Below, piece after piece: positions 1 to 9,638 of a stretch of DNA of 64,000 nt. The translations under genes were made by a program, and so were the position numbers. Source of the stretch: a virus; the IMG/VR virus record IMGVR_UViG_3300000228_000002, positions 58,159 to 122,158 of that record, one strand, 5' to 3'. Each line of letters begins with the position of its first letter. The first letter of the stretch is position 1. The notes under the pieces are model-generated. The model made no database searches. It was given only the letters and a program-made list of their open reading frames with translations, and was not told the origin of the DNA.

Positions 1-29
1 CAACTAGGGGTTACTAGTCAATACTAGTC

Positions 30-59
30 TTGCAAGAATGTGGTGGTTTGTGGTACAAT
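30..59 (+). promoter_or_regulatory. sigma70-type promoter
   Basis: TTGCAA-18nt-TACAAT with extended TG; strong SD (AAGGAGGT) and ATG follow at 79. Confidence 0.55.
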
Positions 60-78
60 GCATGAAAGGAGGTAAACC

Positions 79-168
79 ATGAAAGATAAAGACACTTTTT
101 TCTCGCAGACCAATTGCGATCGATGTGGGGAGCCTCTGAGTTCCAGACAAAGGTATAAATACTTCTGA
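79..168 (+). pseudogene. short or truncated Zn-finger-like ORF (MKDKDTFFSQTNCDRCGEPL...)
   Basis: Strong SD; one CxxC, then a stop after 29 codons with no second Cys pair. Confidence 0.35.
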
Positions 169-210
169 TTAAGGTTGTGGCTACATGCCTAAACGTGATA
201 GCTAGGTCCC

Positions 211-405
211 ATGAAGTATGTTTTCTTGGCTTCCCTTTGCCTCTCCTGTGGCAGAGAACAGACTGACCCCAAGGTAACAGAGACTCAGAGCCAAAGGCTC
301 GTGGAGTATCAGAAAACCATTTCTGAGGTATGCAAAGATCAGGAATACCCTCAGACTATCAAGTTGGATGGTAAGGAATACCCCTGTGGGCATCCCGAGG
401 AATAG
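211..405 (+). CDS. small lipoprotein
   Basis: MK, hydrophobic stretch and lipobox-like LSC. Confidence 0.55.
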   Translation: MKYVFLASLCLSCGREQTDPKVTETQSQRLVEYQKTISEVCKDQEYPQTIKLDGKEYPCGHPEE

Positions 406-589
406 GTATTGTGAAAATGTGGCTCCCCTTGGTATAATGTCTTATAACCAAGGGGACATTGAGCGTGACATTGGTAAATCTCTTCGCCTTAAGCAGGTGA
501 ATAAAGTGAAGATGCCTAAGTTCCTTGATGAATACGTTAACATCAAGACAGTAGCATAACAATATTATTTCGAAAACAGAGAGGACTAA

Positions 590-880
590 ATGAGTGAGAT
601 TAAAATTGAATCAATTGAAAATGATATTGAGATTCTTAATTATTATGATCTCACCAGTGAAGAACAAAATGAGATCAAAGATAACTATGAGACTGTATCA
701 GAGAGTAGTTTCTTCAGATATCGTGGCGGTCTTTACGACTTAAATGACTTTATGAAACTTGATAAACACTCTGAATTTATCGGCTGGAATGCCTACCATT
801 CAGACAGTTTTTTTAGTGGTGTAATAATTAAACTTAATAATAGTGGTGAGACGTTAAACGCTGCTATGTACTTTAGTTAG
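590..880 (+). CDS. hypothetical phage protein
   Basis: 96 aa ORF with GAGAGG SD. Confidence 0.7.
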   Translation: MSEIKIESIENDIEILNYYDLTSEEQNEIKDNYETVSESSFFRYRGGLYDLNDFMKLDKHSEFIGWNAYHSDSFFSGVIIKLNNSGETLNAAMYFS

Positions 881-1015
881 GAGAGGACTAAAAATGGTTG
901 TTCCATATATCGATCTACCAAGCTTCTTACTAGCGTCCCTTAAGGCAGTAGAAAGAGTGGTATTTTTTGTTCATTCAGATATAGTGAGGACAAGAGATTC
1001 GTATGGTAACGATCT

Positions 1016-1939
1016 CTAGTTCTTACTAGCCAACATTCCCAAATAGGATTCAGTCACACTAGGGTATCTCAGTGATACCAGGTGCAAAAACCTCTGCTTC
1101 TGAGTGATCAGGAATATCAGTGAATTGGCTCTGTTAACTAGCATATCCTGGTAGTTCTCTTTATTGAAGTAACCACCAAGAACAGTTGGATTATCACAGA
1201 TTTGATCACATAGCATCCTGAGATAAGACTCATCAGTATTGAGAAGTTCCCAAGGGTTGGCAGTGCTTCCCTCTTTCGGATTGAAATACTCATGTATGAT
1301 CGTTTGAGCGTTGGTGATGTTAACTGCCAGCTGCTGAATTGCTTGCGGATTCACCAGTCCAACCGATACTGCTTTAACAATATCTCTGGCATGCCCACCA
1401 GACGATAGGTATACTGAGATCATCATTTCTTCTGTGATTTCAGGATTCAAGAATTTCATCAGTGCAAAGGCTTCTGTCTCGGATAGAGTACGAACCTCAA
1501 GGGCTGTACATCTTGATCTGATGGTAGGGATAAGCTTCTGAACATCAGTGGTACAGAAAATGAAGTAAATCCCTTCTTTCGGCTCCTCGATCACTTTAAG
1601 CAGACCCTCCTGGGCTTGCTTAGTCATTGAATGGAACTCATCGAGAATATAAACCTTGGCTGTACCAAAGCCTGCAAATAGTGTATCGTCTGCAATGGCT
1701 CGAACATCGTCGATACCATTGGTGTTAGCAGCATTGATTTCGTGAATGTCAGATGGGTTGCTGGCTAGAACGTTAGCAAGCATTCTGGCAAAAGTCGTCT
1801 TAGTACAACCATATGGACCATGAAATAGGAGTGCTTTAGGAATATCAGTAGGATTGGACAACCATTTGTTGATAATTGGCTTCAGGTGTTCCTGGCCAAA
1901 AACCTCTGATAATTTCGATGGTCTAAATTCCTTACTCAT
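1016..1939 (-). CDS. dnaX: DNA polymerase III gamma/tau-like clamp loader AAA+ subunit
   Basis: FRP..L.EV.GQ, GPYGCTKTT Walker A, EINAA, ILDEFH, LLKVIEEP, TIRSRC. Confidence 0.9.
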   Translation of the reverse strand: MSKEFRPSKLSEVFGQEHLKPIINKWLSNPTDIPKALLFHGPYGCTKTTFARMLANVLASNPSDIHEINAANTNGIDDVRAIADDTLFAGFGTAKVYILDEFHSMTKQAQEGLLKVIEEPKEGIYFIFCTTDVQKLIPTIRSRCTALEVRTLSETEAFALMKFLNPEITEEMMISVYLSSGGHARDIVKAVSVGLVNPQAIQQLAVNITNAQTIIHEYFNPKEGSTANPWELLNTDESYLRMLCDQICDNPTVLGGYFNKENYQDMLVNRANSLIFLITQKQRFLHLVSLRYPSVTESYLGMLASKN

Positions 1940-2492
1940 CTGTAGCCCCAACCTTTTTTAACTTATCAACGTTCGGATACCCATCGCCGGTCCATAACCA
2001 ATCGGCAAAATGAACTCTATCAACATTGTAGTGATTTTGGAAATTCTTCTTGAAGTCTTCCATGTCGGAATAAACTCTGGCAAATTTACCATCTGCTTGT
2101 TGGCTCTTTCTACCATTATAAACATGCTCATTATTGGCTTTATTGATCTGGCCCTTGGTGTAGAAACCAAGCTTTTCTGCAATGATGTATGTTATCCTTG
2201 GAACAGCCAATCTAGTTTCAACTTCATGTGCAACACCGGCTGAGAAAACATTCTTGGAAATGTAGAAAACTGCCAAGTCAGCGTTTAATAAGGCAAAATC
2301 GTTGACTCTCATCAAGTAATTGATTCCGACTTCGTTGTTCCCAATATTCTTAGCGTTTGTCCATGCTTTATCTGGTCTGAATATCAGAGATTCCTTGAAT
2401 GAATCGGATTCTTCAAAGATTCTTGTCATTTCATCGAAAGCATTAAGACTGGATGCCAGGTCAATTGCTGCACCTAAATATACTGAACTCAT
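1932..2492 (-). CDS. nucleoside 2-deoxyribosyltransferase/RCL-like N-glycosidase
   Basis: VYLGA..., ND...L..AD..V, SAGVAHEV pattern. Confidence 0.6.
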   Translation of the reverse strand: MSSVYLGAAIDLASSLNAFDEMTRIFEESDSFKESLIFRPDKAWTNAKNIGNNEVGINYLMRVNDFALLNADLAVFYISKNVFSAGVAHEVETRLAVPRITYIIAEKLGFYTKGQINKANNEHVYNGRKSQQADGKFARVYSDMEDFKKNFQNHYNVDRVHFADWLWTGDGYPNVDKLKKVGATDE

Positions 2493-2516
2493 GTAAACCT
2501 TCTTGTAGATTGTGTT

Positions 2517-2873
2517 TTACAGAGTGATGGCTCTGAAGTTGTCTTCGTATCTTTGCTTCAATTGGTCGAATTGCTCTTTCTTTTGTTTATACATTGGTTC
2601 GAAGTCGAACTTCACTTCATATTCTTTACCAAGCGGATGGCTCACACCGGATCCACTTTTCTTCGCAATCTTCAAATCTTCAAATACTGCATTTCCATCT
2701 TTATCTACACGTGTCCAAAATGCATTACCGCCTTGCCACCATAGTTTATCACCAATTTGAATGTTGTGTTCTGGGTCTACATAAATAGCACAGTAATCTC
2801 TAACGTCCAGGGTGTTCACCCATTTGAGATCACCACGATCATAGACTTGTACTACTTTACCACCCACGCTCAT
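2517..2873 (-). CDS. hypothetical protein
   Basis: 118 aa ORF with AAGGAG SD, co-oriented with neighbours. Confidence 0.7.
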   Translation of the reverse strand: MSVGGKVVQVYDRGDLKWVNTLDVRDYCAIYVDPEHNIQIGDKLWWQGGNAFWTRVDKDGNAVFEDLKIAKKSGSGVSHPLGKEYEVKFDFEPMYKQKKEQFDQLKQRYEDNFRAITL

Positions 2874-3004
2874 ACATACTCCTTAATTGGCGGTAGGAGG
2901 ATCCAAACCTTCAAGTCAAAGTTCACGACGACGTGCTTCAACAGGTTGATCAACACCCGCATTTATCAATTTCGCCATCCCACCATTTCGGACATGTTTT
3001 ATAA

Positions 3005-3865
3005 TTAAAAAGGATTGCAGTAATTAGGAAGTTGATTATTGACTACGAAGTAATCGGTAACCCAATCTGGTTTACCAACATCCTTGTACTCTAGTGTGAT
3101 CTCTCCGTTCATAGGGAGATTGGTAGTCTGCAGGAATTCCATCTTCTTCGACTCACGAATTTCTTTTGCCCACACTTTATCATCTGGATTCCAATAGAAC
3201 TTCTCTTTCTTGGCTATGCTCTTAATCTCCTCAAATCTTTGTTTCCGTTCGAAAAAATTCGGTTCTTTATTAGTAGGGAAAGGCCAGCTTGCTCTGATCT
3301 CGATACTGTTAGAATGACAGATGGTTAGTGCTTTGTACAGATCGTAGTTCGAGGCCACTTTGAGCATGCTCATTACATCCGTCACTGCTCTGTGTGGGAA
3401 AGGGTTGATGAAACCGTGTGAATGTTCAAGTGATGCCAGTGCTTTTGATTTCATCTTTCTCGGATATTCAATATCCCAACATGAATCAACCCACACCTTG
3501 GGTTGGAAATATACACCATATCGGGCATAACACATCTTGAGCATTTGATAATCATAATCTGTACCGTTGTGGGCCATGATGACATCAGCACTATTGATGA
3601 GCTCCGATAAGGTAGTAAGTTCTTTAGCTATTAGCTTCGAACCCCACTTTGCTAACAGTTCATCTGTGATACCATTGATCTCAACTACTTCTTCATGGAT
3701 TGGTAATCGACCTGGTTCATCAATGAGTTCTGAGTAGATTTTAACTGGAATACTTTCATCCCAATCCCATAGAACTGCACCAATTTCGGTGATTCTATCT
3801 TCAGGTTGAGGTCCCTTTGTGATGTCTACATTCATTCCCTCAAGATCCAAACCTAAAACGATCAT
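3005..3865 (-). CDS. DEDDh 3'-5' exonuclease (Pol III epsilon-like)
   Basis: LDLE, AHNG.DYD, HRA..DV motifs. Confidence 0.88.
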   Translation of the reverse strand: MIVLGLDLEGMNVDITKGPQPEDRITEIGAVLWDWDESIPVKIYSELIDEPGRLPIHEEVVEINGITDELLAKWGSKLIAKELTTLSELINSADVIMAHNGTDYDYQMLKMCYARYGVYFQPKVWVDSCWDIEYPRKMKSKALASLEHSHGFINPFPHRAVTDVMSMLKVASNYDLYKALTICHSNSIEIRASWPFPTNKEPNFFERKQRFEEIKSIAKKEKFYWNPDDKVWAKEIRESKKMEFLQTTNLPMNGEITLEYKDVGKPDWVTDYFVVNNQLPNYCNPF

Positions 3866-4174
3866 CTAATTCTCCCAAATGTGTTGGGAAATTTTTAGCA
3901 TCAGCTACTTTTGCTTTCTGTTGATTGTTTTCAAGTACGGGTCTCTGTTTTCCTTGTACTCGGCTATCTCAGGGTTCCCGAAGTAAATAATTGCCAGCCA
4001 CTCTTTCTTACTGGCTTTAGGCGATGGAAATGCTGATAATCTTAACGTGGTTATCACTTTGTGGCCATTAGTTCCACAGGTGCCGGATCCTTGCCAGTTT
4101 TCAAGCAATGGAGGCATATCCACTTGTAGTGACAAGGTTTGTTTATATACTTTCTCATGACCACTTTTACAAAA

Positions 4175-4251
4175 TGGTGCTCGGAGCACGACTCGAACGT
4201 GCGGCCTCTTCCTTATCAGGGAAGTGCTCTAACCAACTGAGCTACACCCCC
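4175..4251 (-). tRNA. tRNA-Ile(GAU)-like gene with unpaired acceptor stem
   Basis: D arm GCTC/GAGC, anticodon arm CTTCC-CTGATAA-GGAAG, T arm GCACG-TTCGAGT-CGTGC, 3' ACCA; acceptor GGGGGTG/TCCGAGC mostly mismatched. Confidence 0.75.
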
Positions 4252-4268
4252 ACATAAACAATACAAAA

Positions 4269-4357
4269 TGGGGTGACGTGTGAGAATTGAACTCACGACC
4301 TTCAGGCCCACAACCCGACGCTCTACGCCTTTCGGCTCCAACTGAGCTAACGCCACC
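4269..4357 (-). tRNA. tRNA-His(GUG) with encoded G-1 and a D-loop hairpin insertion
   Basis: G-1:C73, acceptor GTGGCGT/ACGTCAC, anticodon loop TTGTGGG, T arm GTGAG-TTCAATT-CTCAC, CCA. Confidence 0.85.
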
Positions 4358-4392
4358 ATTTAAAAACTTTCGAACTACCAGAAAGAATTATC

Positions 4393-4938
4393 ATGATCGA
4401 TGGCGAATTCAACGGGTTGAACCCAAAGAAGGATGATCTACTCCAATTTGCTATGTTGAAAGCAGTCTTCGATAAAGAGAGTTTCCAGTATTTAGTGTCT
4501 CGCAACACTCTTAACATTTTCATTCACTCTGATGCACAACCAACAAAGAATTTCCATAGAGAACATTTAACTGAGTGTTTTAAACAAGCTAATGCCAGTA
4601 AGATTGACCTTAAGAGAGCCAAGGAATTGGTGGACGAATATGTTGGTGACTGGTGGGGCACTGCATGGCCATGTGGTGATTGTGTAACTACGGATCTGGC
4701 TTTTGCATTCGAGAAAGGTTTATTCAAGAACAATGCCTACGATGATAATGATGTGGAAGTCAAAGGTACAGTTGACTATAGAATTCTTGAAATGAAACCT
4801 CTTAAGGCTCTTGCAGAAACGTTTGGTTGGGAAAAGCCTAAAGATGTGCTACGTGAACACGATGCTAGAAATGATTGTTTCAATCAGATGTATGAATTGA
4901 ACAACTGTCTGGCATTCTTCAAAAAGAAACTCGGTTAG
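4393..4938 (+). CDS. DEDDh exonuclease (oligoribonuclease-like)
   Basis: IDGEFNGL, D motif II and HDARND; true start may lie a few codons upstream. Confidence 0.75.
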   Translation: MIDGEFNGLNPKKDDLLQFAMLKAVFDKESFQYLVSRNTLNIFIHSDAQPTKNFHREHLTECFKQANASKIDLKRAKELVDEYVGDWWGTAWPCGDCVTTDLAFAFEKGLFKNNAYDDNDVEVKGTVDYRILEMKPLKALAETFGWEKPKDVLREHDARNDCFNQMYELNNCLAFFKKKLG

Positions 4939-5281
4939 CCTTCAGTTCTATGAAGTGGGCTAGCATCTCGTCTAGCTCACTCATAAGCCTTTCGTCTACT
5001 GGCGATGGCTCGAAATACCAATCTCTGTAGTACAGGTTCCAACTTATTCCACCAAACATTTTCTCATAACAAGTGCAGAAGACATGCTGATTGGTCTTCT
5101 TCACCAGTCTGTCTCGATGTTTTTCGTCACGAACATTCTTCCAAGTTCGACCTGCCCCGTCCATCATCGTTGGTGGAAATCCCTTCTTGCTACATAGACT
5201 GATTTCTCTTGGCATTATAGTTGTCCGATTAATACTTTCATTACATAGAACAGTGCCACAGTAATAAGTACAGTGCAACAC
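4919..5281 (-). CDS. hypothetical protein
   Basis: ORF in the minus-strand run; start uncertain. Confidence 0.5.
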   Translation of the reverse strand: MLHCTYYCGTVLCNESINRTTIMPREISLCSKKGFPPTMMDGAGRTWKNVRDEKHRDRLVKKTNQHVFCTCYEKMFGGISWNLYYRDWYFEPSPVDERLMSELDEMLAHFIELKANRVSF

Positions 5282-5556
5282 CCTTTGAAGTAGTATTCAG
5301 CAAGAGGAAACATACCCTTGGCATAGGCTTCTTCATATTCCCCTTTACTCTTAATTAGACCGAATACTTCTGCAACCCCCATAATAAATATTAGAAATAG
5401 CATCATTTTTTCGAAGGGTAGGTTGTTCAAGTTAGTCGGAAACACTGGTTGTAGAAACCACGAAATTAGACACTGAACCTTATAGGCAAGTGCTGCCGTG
5501 ACTGCAAATATTCCAATTACTGATATCCCGAATTTGCCAAATGCTTGAAGTATCAT
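5215..5556 (-). CDS. membrane protein (about 3 TM segments)
   Basis: Three hydrophobic stretches; ATGA coupling with the upstream ORF. Confidence 0.65.
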   Translation of the reverse strand: MILQAFGKFGISVIGIFAVTAALAYKVQCLISWFLQPVFPTNLNNLPFEKMMLFLIFIMGVAEVFGLIKSKGEYEEAYAKGMFPLAEYYFKGCCTVLITVALFYVMKVLIGQL

Positions 5557-5882
5557 ATTTTCTCCTCAATTAGTACGATTTTAACTGATTTAATATCTTT
5601 GGATGAGACCATTGTTCCAGATTTCTTATCGTAGTACGTCGAACCAGGTGTAAGAATTCCTCTAGCTGCTCTCTCAGCTACGTCTATAGCTTTGATGAAC
5701 TCCGGTATGACGTATTCATATACACCGAAACTTGACAATTCTCGTAATCTCTCGTATTCCCCATGCATGAATGCAGTTCGAGTGCGACAATGGTGGATAG
5801 CTGATGAACCATAACTTTCAGACTCTAAAGACTCAGTATCAGTAGCTACTACAAGTTTGTATTTTTCCTTATTTTCATCCAA
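5553..5882 (-). CDS. hypothetical protein
   Basis: 109 aa ORF with GGAGG upstream. Confidence 0.65.
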   Translation of the reverse strand: MDENKEKYKLVVATDTESLESESYGSSAIHHCRTRTAFMHGEYERLRELSSFGVYEYVIPEFIKAIDVAERAARGILTPGSTYYDKKSGTMVSSKDIKSVKIVLIEEKI

Positions 5883-5892
5883 GAACTTTTGT

Positions 5893-6027
5893 TCAGCCTC
5901 CTTGAGTGTCTATCTTCTCTGTAATTTCATCTACCATTCGACGAAGCTCATCAATGCTAGGCTTAGACTGTGTTGGTTCAACAGTTGGTTGTTCACTTGT
6001 TAACCACTTGAAGAATTTGATTACCAC
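5893..6027 (-). CDS. small hypothetical protein (44 aa)
   Basis: GTG start overlapping the helicase stop; fills the gap between genes. Confidence 0.4.
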   Translation of the reverse strand: MVIKFFKWLTSEQPTVEPTQSKPSIDELRRMVDEITEKIDTQGG

Positions 6028-8807
6028 GTGATAGCCTCTAGGAACCAATTAGGAAAGAGTCCTGGGTTTCTCTGTACGAAATGTCTGAAAGAGTCATCCA
6101 TGATATAGGTATGACTCCAATCTGCTTGATGTCGTGTTGCTCTACCATAGGCCTGCATAACCGTCGTGGCAGTTAGCATCTCATAGTAACCAGAATAAAT
6201 TTCTTTTCTCAACTGGAGCAATGGGTCTCCAAGATACGGATACGGAGTCTTGGCTATAATTTGGAATCTACAGTTTCCGGAAACCACACTTTTTCCGCGT
6301 CTTCTTACCACAATCAATCCAGTACTAACTGTTACACAATATGCGTCCATTTCTGTATCGTACTCTCTATTGATGTAGTTATGCTCACCTCTAACGAATA
6401 GGGAGTAGGGACTATCATACCAATGAACTGCATGCCCATTGAACGTGGTTTTGAAACCCGATATGGCTGCTAAGGCTGCTATGGTATCTAGGTTGGATGG
6501 TAGGGAGCTTGTGTAACTCTTTTTTCTGGTATTTTTCGGGTTAGATCCATTCCAATATGGTAATTCTGCTAGTAGAAGTCTTCTCTGTCTCAAGTCGAGT
6601 CTGAATAAAGACTCAATGTCCCAATGTTTATCTTGGCTCCATTTTCCCAATGTCATCAGTGGAATAATATATGATTTGGGAACATGATAACATTCATCCC
6701 CCCTTTTGTTTACTAAAACGTGATACTTGTATTCGAGTCTATCCAACAGTTCCTTAATTCTTTTTTTCTTCCTGTCTCTTCTAAATGTTAGCCTAACGTC
6801 GGTAACATCTTCACTGGTGACCCAATTACCGTCAGCTTGCATAGCCGCTGCTAGTCTGATCTGATCATCACTAAGGTTTATCTCACTCATATTCTCGTAT
6901 ACACCACCACACACAAATTGAAGGCTTTTACCAGTTGGTGCTTCGCTAGCTTTGGTTAGCCTAGTAGTTCCTGTATCCACCTTTCTCCATAACATGGTGT
7001 GATCCGATGTCACCACTAGGTTATTGGTCATAGTATCGTATTCAGACCACCTCTTAGATTTCGTCCTAACTATTCTTTGTGGGTATTCGAAGTGGATCTT
7101 TTCAGTATTTTGTGTGTATGCAGCTACACGTACACCCTCAACTAGATTAGGAAAGGGTACCCAACCCGACTCCGTTAGAATCTCAGTTTCAGAATCATAA
7201 CAGAGCTCATCTTTTAAATCGATACCTTCAGTCATTGATGGTGAAAGTAGGACAGTGTTTTTGCTCTCTCTATGTCTGGATAGACATTCGTTTTGTTCTC
7301 TACTTGATCTTGCGAACAGTAGTCGAGCTCTCAGGTCTTGTCTGATTCCTGAGTAGATTTGGTTACAAAGGTGGTAAGTCACACCATGGATCATACCTTT
7401 ATAATCCTTATAGTGATCCATCAAATATTCAATTCGATTGATCAACTGTGGGATAACGATTGGGAGGGATTTAGCATTCATCTGGCCTACAGAATAGTTC
7501 AGATAAACAGGTCTAATCTCTTTCGGAAATGGTGACGAAGTTCTAATGATTGCAACATTCTTCTGGTCGATACCTAGCATGTTGCAATAAGTCTCATACC
7601 CAAGAATAGTGGCAGATAAGTGAATCCTAATGGGAGCCAGCTTCTTGATCTTATTGTAATATTTCTCTACTCGAACTGGGTACATCTTGAGTCTCTCAAC
7701 AAGAGTCACATCTTGTTGATTCATTTCATGATCGACCGATAAGTTACCTGAATGCAATTGTCCCTTGATGAACTTGATCTTGTGAACCAGTTGTTCGTTC
7801 TCCTCAGTGAGGGCATCTTCGTCTTCCTGGATTCTCTCTAAGATGTCTTGAAGGAACCCCTCGTACTTGGACGGATTTGCATATTTAGGAATAGAGTTCA
7901 CACCGAAGGGTGTCAGCATCTTGAGACTTAGAGCCAGTCCCACCGAAGAAGACATAACTTCTGGAAAGGAGTGTGCTTCATCAATAATGAGCATTTCTCT
8001 TGGTGATATCTGGTCTGGAACATACACAGCATATGAAATCAGAGTGTGCATATTGAGGAGTGAGAACTTGGAGTCGGATAATGCTCTACTTTTGGCAGTA
8101 CCGTAGTCGCATCTTCCAAAATTCTCTCTACACTCTTTTCTTGATTGCTTTGTCTTGTTACATGGAGAACTACTGCAGTCAAAACCATCATTCACATTGC
8201 ATCGATAGTTTGACTTACCACGAAGATCAGCCAACCAGTTGAATTCTGAAAGGTACTGATCTTGGAGAGCCTTGTTAGCAGTGACCAGATAACCCGAATA
8301 TTGTCTCAAAAGAGAGGCAATTGCAATAGGTGATTTACCTACTCCCGTTGGAGCATCAATGATGATGTCAGTTATGTCCTCATTGGCCAGGTATTCATCC
8401 AATTTGGAGAATATGGCATGCTGCGTGTGACGGATCTCGCTAAATGGGAAAGTATTCTTGTATTCTTTCTGTGGTAGCAATTCTTTGATTTGGCTTTCAT
8501 AAGCATTTGAAACATCTTCTATTCCGGCCACTATGTAACAGAGAGTTCCAGATAAACCCGATCTCATAGCACTGATTACAGACAACATGTGGTTGTGCTG
8601 TTGCTCGGTTGTCTTCTCCCATTCATCTTTTTTGAACATGTCGCCTTTCTTGTAGTCTTGCAATATGTAGTCAAAATTCTGGGAAGTGAAATTGGTTTCG
8701 TTGGCTAGAAAGTCTGTATAAGTATTGAGTGCGTCCTCGAATGGCTTGCTCGACTCGGTTACTTCGAGTAATTTGGAAACAAATTTTCCAATAACAGTAT
8801 CTTTCAT
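6021..8807 (-). CDS. DinG/XPD-family SF2 helicase, intein-containing
   Basis: DAPTGVGKS, Cys-rich Fe-S region, IIDEAH, LSAT, EGID, QAYGRATRH..D. Confidence 0.9.
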   Translation of the reverse strand: MKDTVIGKFVSKLLEVTESSKPFEDALNTYTDFLANETNFTSQNFDYILQDYKKGDMFKKDEWEKTTEQQHNHMLSVISAMRSGLSGTLCYIVAGIEDVSNAYESQIKELLPQKEYKNTFPFSEIRHTQHAIFSKLDEYLANEDITDIIIDAPTGVGKSPIAIASLLRQYSGYLVTANKALQDQYLSEFNWLADLRGKSNYRCNVNDGFDCSSSPCNKTKQSRKECRENFGRCDYGTAKSRALSDSKFSLLNMHTLISYAVYVPDQISPREMLIIDEAHSFPEVMSSSVGLALSLKMLTPFGVNSIPKYANPSKYEGFLQDILERIQEDEDALTEENEQLVHKIKFIKGQLHSGNLSVDHEMNQQDVTLVERLKMYPVRVEKYYNKIKKLAPIRIHLSATILGYETYCNMLGIDQKNVAIIRTSSPFPKEIRPVYLNYSVGQMNAKSLPIVIPQLINRIEYLMDHYKDYKGMIHGVTYHLCNQIYSGIRQDLRARLLFARSSREQNECLSRHRESKNTVLLSPSMTEGIDLKDELCYDSETEILTESGWVPFPNLVEGVRVAAYTQNTEKIHFEYPQRIVRTKSKRWSEYDTMTNNLVVTSDHTMLWRKVDTGTTRLTKASEAPTGKSLQFVCGGVYENMSEINLSDDQIRLAAAMQADGNWVTSEDVTDVRLTFRRDRKKKRIKELLDRLEYKYHVLVNKRGDECYHVPKSYIIPLMTLGKWSQDKHWDIESLFRLDLRQRRLLLAELPYWNGSNPKNTRKKSYTSSLPSNLDTIAALAAISGFKTTFNGHAVHWYDSPYSLFVRGEHNYINREYDTEMDAYCVTVSTGLIVVRRRGKSVVSGNCRFQIIAKTPYPYLGDPLLQLRKEIYSGYYEMLTATTVMQAYGRATRHQADWSHTYIMDDSFRHFVQRNPGLFPNWFLEAITW
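6273..7202 (-). mobile_element. intein (310 aa) in helicase with LAGLIDADG-like core
   Basis: Starts CYDSETEILT..GW, block B VTSDH, AAMQADG, ends YCVTV...SGN|C. Confidence 0.88.
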
Positions 8808-8838
8808 TTATACGTCCATGGCAGGTGTTTGGGATGGC

Positions 8839-8867
8839 ATTTTACAATAACTGAGCAAGTTTGTCAA
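8839..8867 (-). promoter_or_regulatory. sigma70 promoter upstream of helicase
   Basis: TTGACA-17nt-TAAAAT. Confidence 0.7.
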
Positions 8868-8883
8868 CCGTGCAGTATATTGT

Positions 8884-9084
8884 TCAACGCTGGAAGTATT
8901 GGTCTACTCTAGTTTTGAAATCGCCTTCGGTTAAAGGCTTGATATAAATACTGATATACATCATTGTTGGGAGCAACCCTAGGAACAATACTTTGATCTT
9001 TTTATCCAGAGATAGATTGCTACACCAGATGTCTCTAATGTAAAGAAGGCCACAGATTTGAAGAACCATTAGGAATTCACCCAT
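8884..9084 (-). CDS. small membrane protein
   Basis: 66 aa with two hydrophobic segments. Confidence 0.45.
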   Translation of the reverse strand: MGEFLMVLQICGLLYIRDIWCSNLSLDKKIKVLFLGLLPTMMYISIYIKPLTEGDFKTRVDQYFQR

Positions 9085-9148
9085 GCGTCAAAATAATTTG
9101 TGTGGTGGGTTGTGTAAATGTGATACCACAAGAAACTGGTGAGAGCTT

Positions 9149-9604
9149 CTAAATAATTACTGGGGAATCTGGTTGCATGTTTACTTTGTTCTTACTCTCG
9201 TACTCTTCAGAGATATAGCCCTCTGCCTCAGCACGTTTCATAAACCTCATCATAAGCTTGCATTCAAGTATCATTCTGGAAGGAGTATGTGTCATATCCC
9301 TCATGTGAGATAGTTCATGAGCCAATAGGGATAGCATGTCCAATTTTGAATAGTCTGAGAGTTTGATCTTCAGAGGACGGTACTTCTGAATATTCTGGTA
9401 CTTGGTCATTAATATTATGCGATAGTAGACTGTTTTGTCTTTTTTCTCGTACTGATTGCATATACCAGAGATACGTTGAACTTCCTTGTGACCGGCTTTA
9501 GGAACTCTTGAGATAAGGTGGGTTAGGGTAGCCAATTCCGGAAGGATTGGTTTAGCATCTTCTAAATATGGAATCATCCATTTAAGCGATTTAGATATTC
9601 TCAT
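9149..9604 (-). CDS. HEXXH zinc metallopeptidase-like protein
   Basis: LLAHELSH motif followed by a downstream H. Confidence 0.6.
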   Translation of the reverse strand: MRISKSLKWMIPYLEDAKPILPELATLTHLISRVPKAGHKEVQRISGICNQYEKKDKTVYYRIILMTKYQNIQKYRPLKIKLSDYSKLDMLSLLAHELSHMRDMTHTPSRMILECKLMMRFMKRAEAEGYISEEYESKNKVNMQPDSPVII

Positions 9605-9638
9605 ACTTGAGTTACCCTCTCTTTAAATGAAAAATAAT

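Noticed and set aside
3905-4189. 94-aa ORF as listed
   Set aside because: Its start lies inside the tRNA-Ile gene; at most a shorter ORF exists, and I cannot support a product
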